In this document: positions 26,065 through 38,869 of the stretch, one piece after another
Layout: every line of letters starts with the position of its first letter
Position numbering within the stretch: the stretch's first letter is position 1
NCBI RefSeq assembly: GCF_036321535.1
Contig: NC_087437.1
Location: 8,370,001-8,434,000 of the forward strand
Origin: Camelus dromedarius
Lineage: Eukaryota
Reading direction: 5' to 3'
DNA length: 64,000 nt
Translations under genes and position numbers: made by a program
Notes under the pieces: model-generated
The model's database searches: none
What the model was told of the DNA's origin: nothing
Seen by the model: the letters and a program-made list of their open reading frames with translations, nothing else

Positions 26065-26920
26065 CAGTGGCCCCCAAACTTTGTGGCACATTCGAATCAC
26101 CTGGGAACTTTAAAAATTGCGATGTCCAGAATGTCTGGGGGTGGGGGCCAGGCACCAGTAGTTTAAATTTTTCTCTTGGTGATTACAGTGTGCAGGCAAG
26201 TTTGGGAACCAGTGGTATAGGGTCTTTGTCTTCACTGGGTCTCAACCTTGGCTGCAGGCAGAATCACTTGGGGTTCTTTAAAAGAGATTGCTGTCTGGGC
26301 TGCCCCTCCCCTAATTAGGATTTAAGGGGTCTGGGTTGTGGCCTGAGTGTGAGGATGTTTAAAAGCCTCCCCAGGTGATTTTATTTTGCCATCAAAGCTG
26401 AGAACCCCTGGTCCCTCAAAAGCTATGCTGGGCTTCCTGCTTCCCTGCCACTTTCCTGGGACTTTTGTTCTCAAAGTGTGGTCCCAAGACCAATAGCATC
26501 AGTGTTACCAGGGGAATACTGGTAATACGTCCCCCTGGTAATAGTGAGGGATAAATTGGGAGCTCAGGATTTGCAGATACACATTGCCATATATAAAATA
26601 AACAACAAGGACCTACTGTAGAGCACAGGGAACTATATTCAATAGCCTGTAACAAACCATAATGGTAAAGAATATAAAAAGGAATATATATATAACTGAA
26701 TCACTATAATGTACACCAGAAATTAACATATTATAAACCAACTATACATCAATTAAAAAATGTAAATAAAAGGGATGATCACAGTATCATCAGAAATGTG
26801 TTCTCAAATTCCACCCGAGACTTAATGAATGAGGAATTCAGAGGGTGGGAGTCGGCGATGTGTATGTGTTTCAAGCCCTTCGGATGACTGTGATAGTGTA
26901 GTTGGGGAAGAAGCACTGCT
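26065..26920. mobile_element. Cluster of three MER5-type hAT-Charlie MITEs
   Basis: 26065-26213 (cagtggcccccaaact...tttgggaaccagtg), ~26235-26411 (tctcaaccttggctgc...ctgagaacccctg) and ~26467-26920 (ttctcaaagtgtggtcc..., interrupted by L1). Confidence 0.75.
26546..26770 (+). mobile_element. Short L1 3' end inside MER5
   Basis: gagggataaattgggag...gagcacagggaactatattcaa...aactatacatcaattaaaaaa. Confidence 0.85.
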
Positions 26921-27702
26921 TGGGGAGTTTTGGTGGCTATTCCTCAGTTGGTGGTGGTGGAGCTGGACCCCCTCACTGCTACAACGTGCAGGAGGCTCCT
27001 CATGGCTTTGGCCATGCTAGTCTCTGGACTTCAGGTCGGAGAGGCCTGATTTTGCTAGATTTGATGGCTGCTATGTCCATGTGGCATTGTGAATGGTCTG
27101 TGGCTCTCAGAGAGGCCACCCCATTCACACAGAGTTATTTTAATCAACTGTGGGAAACAGGAACAATACTATCTCTTGTATGCACCCAGTTACACTGCTT
27201 TGCTATTAACATGGCCTAGTTCTCTGTGATTCTGTTTTAGAATCTGTAGGTCTTCCATTGTTGGACCTGCTTTGATTTAAAAAAAAAAAAAAAAAAAGCA
27301 AAGCTCATCTTGAAAGAGAACCACATTTATAATAGGAAGTCCAGAGACTTCAGTGATTCTTCATCACAAAGTCCTCCATTTCAACATTGCTCCAATTTTA
27401 GATTTTATTGTAAGAAGGCTTCATAGACAGTTTAAAGAGACAATTTGCCCCAACTATATCTTATCCTCATTTAGAAAGGCCTAAACATGTGTGAATTAGA
27501 AAACAGTCCTATGTGAAAGAGTTTTATTCCATGTGTGGGCAGGATGGCTCATGGATTCAATCATTTAAAGTCTATGGTTTGGGGTGGTGGTGGAAACCAG
27601 TAACTTTAAAGTGGACCTATCTTATGGTTTGTTAAAAATAATCATAAAAAGTAAAACTGACTGAAGATTCTTAATAAATGAAACTCTAATTGAACATCAA
27701 AA

Positions 27703-27827
27703 CTTTTTTGGTAGGGAAGAGGTAATTAGGTTTATTTATTTAATTATTTTTTAAATGGAGGTACTGAGGATTGAACCCAAGACCTCATGCTGCTAAGCAC
27801 ACACTCTCCCATTGAGCTATACCCTCC
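27703..27827 (-). mobile_element. tRNA-Ala-derived SINE (vic-1-like)
   Basis: gaggtaattaggtttatt...tggaggtactgaggattgaaccc...gagctataccctcc. Confidence 0.88.
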
Positions 27828-29758
27828 GCATCCCAGAAGATAAAAAATTCGATTGTGTTCGATGCTGGATGACTCTTCACCCTTTCCTCTGACAAAGGAA
27901 GATTTACAGATTCTAAAACGGAGTCATACTTCACCTCTTTCTCTTCATTCCCGTATTTTAAATATTTAAAATATATAATTAACAGGATAGAGCAGCAAAA
28001 CATTTTGTAAATTTAGACTGAGCCTCCTTGCTAAGTATGTATGTCACTTATATAATTAGACCTGATATTTGAATAACACAGTTTGTTTCTTTCCTCCTTT
28101 TTTTTTTTTCACATTTTATCTCAATCCTATCCATTTGCTTATGGATTAGTAACAATAATTTGGGAATAAAAGATTTGAACAATAGACTTCAGTGAATAAG
28201 CTGATGATTAAAAGATTAAGATTTTGAACCATTATAATGAAACATTAAAAAAAAAAAAAGATCCTGAAAGGTTAGAGTATGAACTTTAAATCCTCATGAT
28301 CTAAATAGCTTAATCTGAATATTACCTTTAGGTAAATAACAGAAACTAATTAGCAATTTGATTATTCTATTAAAATAATTCTTGGTTTTGAATGGCAGCT
28401 GAGATTAAGAAATGGGGTTGAATATTAAAAATAAAATCTTTGACTAGTGGTAGATTTGAATTTAAGGATGGTGCCTAGGAGAATGAAAATCTTAGGTGGT
28501 AAAAGTTTTCATTCCATTTCTTGTATTCAAAGGAAGCTTTCCAAACTGAACCATGTGCTGTAATTTTCCAAGAAATACTAAGTACTTTGTGGCAACTTCA
28601 GAATACCTTCTCCGTGAGTGAGGCTCTGGGGTTTGCTGTACCCGCTGCAACTTTTGGAGGGCATGTAGGAACCTTCCCTCCCATGGTCTAGGGCTCTGGC
28701 ACAGTGATGGGGATGCCATGATGTAAATAGCAGGGGTGGGATGAGCTCACCCTCCAGGGATGTGCAGAGCTAAGCAGCCTAGTTCTGTAAACATGGAAAC
28801 CCATTTAAAAAGAACCAAGAGGACATGGATTCTTTTGGAGCTAAAATAAGGTCTACTCATAATCTTTGCATTTGTGGATGTAGGTTTTTGCTTAAATTTA
28901 ACTTTAGGCTTACTTCTCCTGCTACACGCTGATTGTGACCAAAGAATTTAGGTTTTTACTTCCTTTGTTGAGCTATGAAAAATTGCAGTTATTGTCAAGA
29001 AGATATAAGTGTGTTTGTGGGGAAATGTGTGGTACGTGGAACATACAGTGGAGAGGGCTTGAAAGGGAAGTGTAAAAAAGAAAAGAATAATAGGTGAATT
29101 TGAGAATTATGACTTTAATCTTTTAGAACTCATTGTAAATTAAATTTAGCTAAGGAGATACATTTTTGTGGAATATTGTATTAATTTATTTCATGCTCTC
29201 CCATCCCAGTCCTCAGGTTAATTTCAACTTTTAATCTGTGTCTTTCATAAAGATAAACTCCATGCCTTGTTTAATTTTTGGACCCATAAGTTAGTCAGAT
29301 AATATTATGGCATGTTAAATGACTCAGCTCCCAAATGCATAGAGCTCTGCCTGTGGGAAAGAAACAGTGTTTGTTGGTGAGCTGTTTTATACCTGTACTT
29401 CAAGAACAGTCCACAGTGCATTCTATTCAGCTCCCTAAGACCAAGAGCTGCACTTCTGTCCTGTTTCCTGGCGAAATAATAAATTACATTTACAAGGTTA
29501 GGGCTAGTTCCTTCAAAACACTTCTAACATTTTTAGGTCCTAGTTTTTCATGACCAGTGTGCCTACCTTTTATTATACCAGTGCTTTTGTGTCAGAAACA
29601 TGCAAGCCCAAAGTGAAAAACAACAACAGCAAAACCACCTGCAAAATAAACCCTTGGAGTGTGTTGGAAAGGAAAAGAGACATGTCTTTTCATCATAACT
29701 GAGCCTCTGAAAATACTTGGTTTTCTGGTTTGGGGTTAGTCATGTGACTTATTACACA

Positions 29759-30244
29759 TGTATTAGTTATCTATTGCTGTGTAACAAATTACCCTGAAAC
29801 TTAGCAGCTTAAAACAATAAATAAACATTTCTTATCTTACACAAGGAACACCTTAGCTGGGTGGTTCTGACTCAGGGTCTCTCGTGAGATTGCAATCAGA
29901 GTGTTGGTTGGGCTGAATGCTATTCTGAGGCTGGAAGCTCTTCCTCCATATAGATGGCAAGTCAGTGCTGGCTGTTGGTAGGAGTCCTCTGTCCTTGCAG
30001 TGAAGACTTCTGCATGGAGCTGGTAGAGTGTCCACACAACATGGCAGCTGGCTGCCCCCAAGAGTGGGTGATCCAAGAGAGAGCAAGGTAGAACTCACAG
30101 TGTTTATGACCTGACTTCAAAAGTCACACACTGTCACTTTCACAAGATTCTCTGGTTATGCAGACCAGGCCGATTATATAAGGGGAGGTGTGAATAAGAG
30201 GGGATGGAGGTCACTGGAGACCATCGTGGATACTGGCTACCACA
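29759..30244 (-). mobile_element. MaLR LTR (MLT1-type)
   Basis: tgtattagttatctattgctgtgtaacaaattaccc...ctggctaccaca. Confidence 0.85.
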
Positions 30245-31361
30245 ATATGCATTTCCAAAAGCCACAAAGAAAAATGAGACTAAGACCATGAGTTTGCAAT
30301 CTTCCAACTGACTATGAAAATCAACTTTGTCTATTTCAGGAAGCACATAATCTTATTACTTTAAATGTTATGTTTAGAATTTTGCACTCCATCTTGGCTT
30401 TAAAAAAAAAAAGAGAAGGAAATTGAGGACAGACATGTAGCTTACAGGTCAAATCACTTAAGGGTCAGAAGGGAAGGAACAGTCCACTACAGATCAGGCA
30501 CTTTATATGAATTCTTTCTCTCATTTATGCCTCATAACAACCCTGGGAGGTGAATGGTGTTAGTCCCATTTGGCAGAGTCAAAAATTATGGCCCAGAGAA
30601 GTTTGGTAATTTGCTCATTGCCACAGAGCTACTAAGTATTTGAGTCTGCATTCAAATCAAGGTTTGTATGGCGCTAAAGTTTGTGAGTTTCTTATTGCAC
30701 AATAGAGTAATGGGCTGCTCAGTCCAAGTGGGTGAGTACCATGCCTGCTGTCTTCACTGCTAGGAGACAGAGAAATGTTTGTTGAACAAGTGAAATCAGT
30801 TAATGCCAGTATATACTGAAATTACTACCTAAAAGATGCATTTGGATCTTTAGCGATGGCCCTTTAGTTAAACTCAAGACTTTAGACCCAACTGAATTAT
30901 ATCCAAAGACATTTGAAACAAACTTATATTCTCTTAAATTAAATTAACATTCTCTTAAATTCTCTGCTTATCGCTAGGTGAAATAACATTTATAAACATG
31001 GCTAGCGGTGTCTGACATATTAGGTGCTCAAAAATTGTCTTATTCCCTACTTTACATTTGTAGAAATTTTGTTCAAATCATTACATTATCAGAAAAACAT
31101 GTACATTTTCTGAAAAAAAGAAGAAAGGGAAACATTATACTTTTCCAAAAAAAAAAAAAAAAGGAAAATATGGATTCTGAGGACAGATAGCTAAATTGAC
31201 AAATTCTAGCAAGGTTTTAGAGTAAATTGACAAATGAGTGGTTTAGTTGCACTTAGAAGCAGTGACCCCCGGGAGCCAACTTGGTCCTGGGCTGCCTGCT
31301 TCTTTGCCCCAATTTTTTATGTTTGTCTCCGTCATCTTTGCCTCTTCCTGTAGTCTAGGAA

Positions 31362-31937
31362 TGCAACTTATGGTGGGGCTTAGGACCATATGGTGTCAGC
31401 TTGACCTTCAGAGGGTCTTAAGACTAAAGGTCAGCCACGGGAACAGTCAACCCTGTCTCCATGACAACACCCTGACTAAAAAGCCTGGCATCCATGCTCA
31501 GGTGAGTTTCCCTCACTGGTAACTCACCAAAAGCTGTTATGTGCAGGCTACAGGTTACTACAGTGAAGGGATACGGATTACAATCAGCCAAGGACCAACA
31601 CGCATAAGGAAGAATCTAGGAGAGTCCCACTCACGGCCCTTCCAGTTGTCCTTCTGCACTAGTGTCATGCACAGCACTGGATTCTCTTGGGAATCACGTG
31701 TGACAAGACACATGGAATATTACCAATTGGTTGCAGGTAAGGAGTGAGGCACAGAGTGGAACAAGATAAGATTGGACAGGTAGGACCCTCCAACATCATT
31801 AAAAGGTGTTCAAGTTTTATTCCAAGTGCAGTTAGATGACCAGCCGCTGGAGCTAGTGAACCTGGTGATCTCAGGGGGTCCTGAACTTACAATCGGTATC
31901 AGAAGTGAGGACAGCCTCTGCGACTTCCCTAGCTCTG
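31362..31937. mobile_element. MER21-like LTR, internally rearranged
   Basis: 31362-31520 on +, 31521-31730 on -, 31852-31937 on +, all resembling the remembered MER21C consensus; L2 piece in between. Confidence 0.65.
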
Positions 31938-32305
31938 CCTCACTCCTTACCAACAACCACATCATTCCTTTGTTTTTCAAATACGGCCACAGTATCTTTG
32001 CACGCACTGTTTCTTCTGTTGCATCACTCTGGCTCCAGGTATTCCCAGAACTGATTATTTTATTAGGATCTCCATTAAATACGTTCTCTGTCCCAAGAGG
32101 CCTTCCCTGATCACCCACACTAGGCCGTTCCAGTTACCCACTGCCTCAGGCACTTAGCACTTTTTGGCACAATCTTATTTATTTGACTACTTTTTATTAT
32201 CTGTCTGCCCCATAGAAAGCTAGAACCTTGTCTGTTTCGTCACTGCCGGGTCCAAGTGCCCAGAACATTGGCACTGAGCATTCACTAAATATTTAATAAA
32301 TAAAG
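31936..32305 (+). mobile_element. L2 3' region
   Basis: ggccttccctgatcaccc...ccttgtctgtttcgtcactg...cccagaacattggcactgagcattcactaaatattt. Confidence 0.7.
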
Positions 32306-32699
32306 TCATGAAATTTACTTCCTTTTGAAACAAGAGAGTAAGCTGTCAGATCTGGAATTATTATAAGCCACAGTATGTTTTTTATGGAAAGATATTTAAC
32401 AAATCATCTCTCATTATCCTTACAGCCAGGAATAGCTAGTAGACGGCTGAGTGAATCTATTTTCACATGGTGATGTTCATTAAGACTTTCCTTAGCACTT
32501 TAAACAATGAATTGACAGACGATATAATTTTCAGGTAAGACAAAACTTGAGATTCGGTTAAAAGTTGAAAATACCAGCACAGGTAGGAAAGTTGAACTGA
32601 GACTGTTAAACATGAGATTGAATTAGGATAACTTAAAATTTTTACATTCAGTTTAAAAAATAAGGTTCAGGAAAGATCTTATTAGCCTCTTCCATAAGA

Positions 32700-32960
32700 A
32701 ATATCTAAGAAAACTGGAGATATTAAACTTGAAAAAGAGATTTAGGGAGATGTGAACACCTGTCTTCCAGTATTTAAAGGCGATCATGTGCAACAGAGGT
32801 TCAATTTATTTTGTATAATTCTATTGCTACAAATGAAACTGGGACTTGGAACTTTTGAATGAAGGTGGATTTTGGTGAGGAAAAATACCCTAGGAGAGTT
32901 CACAGTGAAATTGGGCAGCATGAGAAGTCCTGACCTACCTTATTTCCATGTAAAGCGTTT
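32700..32960 (+). mobile_element. CR1/L3 3' remnant
   Basis: gaaaaagagatttagggagatgtg...tgtcttccagtatttaaaggc resembles the L3/CR1 3' end. Confidence 0.55.
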
Positions 32961-32973
32961 AAACCTGATCTAG

Positions 32974-33161
32974 TACAAACTAGGTATAAAATTGATAAGC
33001 AACAAGGACATACCGTGTACCACCAGGAGTTATAGCCATCCATTATCTTGCCATAACCTACAATGGGGTATAATCTGCAAAAATACTGAACCACTCTGCT
33101 GTACACCTGAAGTTAATGTCATGTTGTAAATCAACTATACTTCAATTAAAAAAATAAAAGA
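32974..33161 (+). mobile_element. Short L1 3' end with TSD
   Basis: ...tgtaaatcaactatacttcaattaaaaaaa. TSD taaacctgatctag (32960-32973) / taaacctgacccag (33162-33175). Confidence 0.88.
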
Positions 33162-33399
33162 TAAACCTGACCCAGATGACCCTGTCCTAGGTAGATGGAT
33201 GGAAAGTTGAACTATATGCTTTCTAAGGACCTTTACAGATCTCAGAGCTCTCACAGTTCAGGAAACCTAGGGACCAATGTCTAGTTTCTTAGAGAAGCCA
33301 AGGACCATACCTTTAACACAAGATGATATGCCAAGGTCAGTGTCGGCAGATTTGGCAAAGATAGACTTTGCAGCCACACATTCTTATCAGAACAGAGGC

Positions 33400-33782
33400 A
33401 GCTTCGGTGGCTTACTGCTCATGGGTAGAAAGCAGTGGAAAAAGCATGCTGCGTGATTTGTGAGGCTAGGTTAGAAAAGATGACACAGCTTCCACCTGAC
33501 TCCCTCTTGGGAGCCCAGCCTGTGCTCAAGTCCAGAATTACACTCACTGAGTGACTGGCCTAGAGCATTGATCTCTCCCAGGTGTAGCAGTCACATGGCA
33601 AGACCACATTTAGGTATCCCAGCAATGTCCCAGCTGAAAGCAGCCCCGCTGGCAGACGAGTGAGTAGGCGAGCCTTAGACAGTATCACCCCGCCTTTAAG
33701 CGCACTCCCCCAAAGCTGGCAGTGTATGGAGCGAAGATGAGGTGTCCCCACTGAGCTCTGCTCAAACTGCAGAGCTGTGGAG
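33400..33782 (+). mobile_element. MaLR LTR (MLT1F-like), 5' part; 3' end resumes at ~40189-40265
   Basis: tgaggctaggttagaaaag...ccactgagctctgctcaaactgcaga, resuming with gcaaaataaat...aaaccactaagttttggg...aatagataa. Confidence 0.7.
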
Positions 33783-34070
33783 TCCTTTAACCATTTTGCT
33801 TTCAGTGAGGTGTGATGAGGCCTGATGCAGATCAAAAGAGAGAAACTGAGAAGAGTTTTGCATTTTTGTTGGATGGGGTAGATGGCCTGGGGTAGATGAT
33901 GTCAGGTCACTCAGGGTCCGGCACGGGCAGAAGGTAGGGGACTGTGGGAAAGTGCCTCTGCTGTGGTTTTGGTGGGAGAGAAAAGGCGAGGCAGGACCAG
34001 CAGGCTTAGGATTGGCTAATTTGAATAATATCAGCAGGTTCTGGGGTGTAAGGATGGTCCCTGCTTGCCT
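33783..34070 (-). mobile_element. ERVL-type LTR (MER54-like), split by the ERV; other part at 40012-40188
   Basis: ggattggctaatttgaataat...gtccctgcttgcctgg continues after the ERV as ccttggccctg...ctctagccagggcctcaaaactgggtca. Family name is tentative. Confidence 0.6.
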
Positions 34071-34545
34071 GGTAACTGAGCGGGACCCTGTGGGGGCTTC
34101 CCGGGGACAGATGCCTCCCCCTGCCCTCTGCAGCAGCTCCTCTCTGAAGGGCCCAGATAACAGTATCTCTGGCCTATTTCCTGAGTTTTTCAGATGCAGA
34201 AACCACTACCAAATGGAAGAAAGTGACTACTTGATGATTGTGAGCACATGGCCCCCAGAACTTCTGGTGCCCAGCGATTGAGAGCGCTGACCCCCTGTTA
34301 CCTCAACATCAACCAACTAGATAATTGTGGGGGAGCTGATCACTACCCCACGACCCCCCATCTCCCTCACGTGCCTTTAAATGTACTCTGCTGAAACCCT
34401 TTGGGGAGTTAGGGGTTTTCTTGGGTATAAGCCACCCTGTCCTCCTTGCTCGGCCCAGCAATCAGCCTTTCTCGGTTTCAAACTCCAACATTTCTGTTTG
34501 GCCCCACTGCGCGCCGGGCACACAAACTTACATTTGGTGACAATT

Positions 34546-34566
34546 TTGATGAAACCAGCCTCGGAG
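34546..34566 (+). other. Degenerate primer-binding site (possibly tRNA-Arg)
   Basis: tgatgaaaccagcctcggag just after the LTR, compared with the tRNA-Arg PBS tggcgagccagccaggag. Confidence 0.4.
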
Positions 34567-34759
34567 TCTGTGCTGGTGGCAGGTTGACCCTGGGCGAGAG
34601 CAGCCCCTTCCCCGGCCCCGCGGTGGCCGGAACTCACTTCCATCCGGGCACCTGGGAGGCACTGTCCCGACAGGCACCGCGGCACCACAGCCCCGCGCCG
34701 GGCTGTTCGGAGCAGAGAAACGTCTGGAGCTGCGTCCGCACTTGGCGTGGCTTGGCGGC

Positions 34760-34905
34760 GAGTCGCTCTAGATGGCGAGGGCTGGGACCCTCCCCACAGT
34801 CGGTGTCACGGGGGTGAGTGGCTCTCACAGGCGAGGGCTGGGACCCTCCCCGCAGTCGGTGTCACGGGGGTGAGAGGCTCTCGCTGGCGAGGCCTGGGAC
34901 CCTCC
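34760..34905 (+). repeat. 56-bp tandem repeat (2.6 copies) in ERV leader
   Basis: Units 34760-34815, 34816-34871 and partial 34872-34905 share ggcgagggctgggaccctcccc.cagtcggtgtcacgggggt. Confidence 0.95.
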
Positions 34906-35401
34906 TGCGTCCACCTGGGCTCGTTGCTCTCTGGAAGGGAGCCGCTCTGAGTCGTTCTCTTTTGGGAGCCAGGCCCATCCATTTGGAGGCCTCTGTCTGG
35001 GAGTGGAAGTGGAGTTTGGGGGCTGCACCTTGTCAGATATTTTGTGGGGCCGTGTTTGTTGGTTGTGTGCGTGTGTCAGTACTTACACTGGCCGGTTGAG
35101 ACGTCTTTGAGTACCTGGGCTTGTGTGTGACGGCACCAGGGTGTCCTTCCCTGTGGCACTGGCCTCACCTGGGGTGCAGGGGCGGACCTTTGGTCAGGAT
35201 GTTCCCTTTTGGTCAGGATGTTCAGGACAGTCTTTCATTCAGCTTGATCTCTGATGGGACATTGGTTGGGGTTCTGCCCTTTGGGGCTGAGGAACTGTAA
35301 CCCAGAGAGACTGTTTTGAATTATTGTTTGCTTGATATTTGATAACATTGGCCATGAATAATTAAGTGTGGATGATCTGAGCTCTGTTCTATCTTACATA
35401 C

Positions 35402-36040
35402 AGTCCTCCTAGAATGTATTTTGCAAAACTTGGGAGATTTTTAGCTATGCTCCCATAAATGAAAGAAAATGATTTTTTAAAAAATTGAAGTATAGTCAGT
35501 TTACAGTTTACAATGTTGTGTTAATTTCTGGTGTACAGCATAGTGATTCAGTTATACATACATATATTCCTTTTCATATTCTTTTTCATTATAAGTTACT
35601 ATAAGATATTGAATATAGTTCCCTGTACTACACAGTAAAAACTTATTTATCTGTTTTATACATAGTAGTTAGTATCTGCAAATCTCAAACTCCTAATTTA
35701 TTCCTTCCCACCCCCTCCCCTCCAGTAGCTATGAGTTTGTTTCTATGTCTGAGTCTGTCCCTGTTTTGTACGTTTGTGTCTTTTTTTTTAGATTCCACAT
35801 ATGAGGGATATCATATGGTATTTTTTCTTTCTTGTCTGACTTCACTTAGAATGGCAATCTCCCTGTCCATCCCTATGTTGCTGCAAATGGCATTATTTTA
35901 TTCTTTTTTTTTTTTTTATCACTGAGTAGTAGTCCACTGTAAAAATATACCACATTTTCTTTATCCAGGAAAATGGTATTTTTATTGTAACACGGTGTGA
36001 CCTTAGCACTCCTGAGATCTGGAGAACAATGGCCCTGATG
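35402..36040 (+). pseudogene. gag: ERV gag matrix remnant, interrupted by L1
   Basis: Across frameshifts reads LLECILQN..DF...KMV.FYCNTV*P*..SGEQWP, like class I gag MA (PLECILKHW..F....LIFFCNTAWPQY..GEKWP). Confidence 0.75.
35476..35968 (-). mobile_element. L1 3' end inserted in gag
   Basis: ttgaagtatagtcagtt...ttctttatccag. TSD gaaaatg(a/gta)tttt. Confidence 0.9.
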
Positions 36041-38869
36041 GCTCTGCTGTTATATTAAAGTGGGGCTTCTGCAGTTTGGCTTTTATCTTGGGTAGGGGTG
36101 TGTGTGTGTGTTTATGTGTGCATCTTGGTATCTGAGTTCAAATCCTGTGCTCTCTTCTGGTTTTGCTGAAAGTGAGGCATGTGAATGGAGTGAATGATTA
36201 TATATTATTGTCTCTTACTGTTATTTCTTCAAACTGAAGTAGATATTTGGGAATTGGAAAAAAAAATCCCTGAAAATAATCAAGATGGTTGGGTTTTGTA
36301 AAAGCAGTTAGAGGAGGAATTTTCATTTCTCTTCCTGTGCCTTTGAGATGTAGATGATCTACCTGGTCTCGCAAGGAAAAAAGATTTTTTTAAACTCAAG
36401 TGGAAAAACTGAGATCTCTGGTTCTGTTGGTCTTTATGTAAAAGTTAACACTTTTATATAAGAGCTCTATTTAATCGACTTAAAAGTAAGCACTTACAGA
36501 CTAAATACTTCTAAGTATAAAAGAAACTAGACACCAAATTTCAGGTTCATGTGATCTAGGAAATATTTGATATTAAATTAATATCTGATATTTAAGCTAG
36601 CTTAAGCTCTTTGGTATAATCAACACAGACATGTCTTTTGTTGTTCGTAGGTTTACTGAAGGTTGCTAAGTTCATGTTGTTTCTGTTGCGGTTTTTTCAG
36701 CAGAAAGAAAAAAGAATTTAACTTGGTATGATAAAAATCTTATAAGGAAATTAAATGCAAGTAACACAAGAGCTTTTGGGTGAACTCTTAAGAAATAATT
36801 ATGTTTTAAGAATGTCTACTTAAAAATAATCTCTCTAGATATTTGGTAACTTGAAATTTTAGAGTTGTTCTAACTTAAGTTAAGTGATGGAAGTTTATTG
36901 AATAGCTAGGTCATTCCCAAACAGAAATAAGATACTGGAACATTATTTACTGAACATTGGCTTCCCTTTACAGAGAAACTAATGATGTTTAGAACATTAT
37001 TAAGTATGTTTGGTGCCACACTGAGATATTTTCTATAAAAAGCACATGTTGTTAGAAATTATTATTGGTATTTGTTTGCCAGTTTACAGAACGCTAATGT
37101 AAAAGTTCATAATTGCTTACTTCCTGGTTTTCACTAGAAATTAAGAGTTTTACGAGGTGAGGATTCTAATTTATATGTCATTAAAGCTACTAAAATAATA
37201 AAGGAAACACTTCAGTGTACAGTAGGAAAGTAGGATATATGTTTAGAGTAAAAAGTATGAGGAATGGAGTTGTATTTTGTTAAGGGAAAAGTTTGTAGAA
37301 AGGATGCCCTAAAAAAAGGAGGTTTGTGCATGGTCAGGCTAAATTTAAATTAAACTTAATTAGGTAAATGGATTTTGTCATAAAAGTAGGCTGGTGCAGG
37401 ACTAGATTGGGTTCCGCTCTGTTAAGAGAACTGGTTTACTCAGGATGCTTCTGATAACGGATTGTGTGGAACTTGGGTATTTTTGACAAACTTCCTATCA
37501 TTCTAATGAAAGTTCTTCGGATTGCTGCAGAGAGCCCCTGAGGTATCTCAGAGAAAAATATTAAACTAACTAGGATTGGTTGGTATGTTAAATTGCACAG
37601 GAAGCCTTGAGTGATAAGCCTCCCCAGATGATACAGTGTGGATAAGTGTTATTAATATAGACATTCTAGAAATTATATGAGGTTTCTGAAATTTAAACAT
37701 GTCTTGGTATAATGCTAGCAATCATAAGCCTAGTTGTTATCTTAAAATGTTGTATGCCGCAGTGACTTGATTAAGCTTCTTTGTCAAAAACATTGTAACC
37801 AGATCTTTTAATGATGCCTTTTTACGTCTTGTGTCATTCATAGACAGTTAAGCAGGTACTTTGCAAAACTGCTTCATCTTCAATAAGATACATAAAAAGG
37901 ACTTTTTGACAAAGTACAGGTTTCTTTTAAATCATACTGCTGAACTGGGTAAGATGTTCAAAAAGTCTAATGAAAACTCTGATTTCATAAAACTGTTAGT
38001 AAAAAAGAATTAATTGCATAGCATAGAGTAAACTAAGAATATGGTTATAATTTTTTGGTTTTTTCTGAAATACTACTGGCTTTTCATCTATTTTTTTTTA
38101 AATTGAACTGGTTACTAAATGTTTGTCTTTCTATCAATATTGAAAGTTACTGTTTTATTTCCAACCACACTGTTGCCCTCAGTGTTTAGGATAGAAAAAG
38201 TGTTCTTTACTGGAGCTGTCACAGAGGATAACTACTCATGATCTGTAACACTGCATGCTTTAAGTCTACTGCTAAAAGCACGTGTACGATGCTTGTGTGA
38301 CAATTGGGTATAAGTGATAAAATGTATGGCCTGTAAAGGGTTTCTCCGTTAACGTGCCTCTGAGCCTGTTCACGATGTCTGATCAGTTTTCCCCCAATGT
38401 GGATACCTAGGCAAATGTGAAGGAGGCCTGGCCCTGAGGGACAATCTAAACCTGCGGCGGGAGCCATTGCACCAGCATCAAGGGATGGGTAGTTTGATCA
38501 TCAGTGCTTTCTATTGAAAGATTTACAATCAAAAGGGGAAACAGTGGGAAGATCTGCACATACTGCAGCATGGGGAAGTCACTCTGGCTTACACATGGTT
38601 TAACCTGGACTTTACTGACTGGAGTGGCCTGTTTTATGGCCTTTTGGACATGCATTGTACATCTGCTTTGGCCTTGAAGGGGAAAGTCAAAACGGAGTAG
38701 CTGGGGTTCAGACTTCCAAGGTGACCATTGTGGGTGTGGTTTCAGACATGTTCCTCTATTGTTGAGAACTTGAATTCTCTGAGCAGTGTCAGACTCAGGA
38801 CGCCACCAGCCATTCTCCAAGCAGGTCATTTTAATGACCTGAAGATCTCCTCCTGTAACTATTAAACTT

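Noticed and set aside
34760..34905. Tandem repeat as a CRISPR-like array
   Set aside because: No unique spacers, eukaryotic ERV context and no cas genes.
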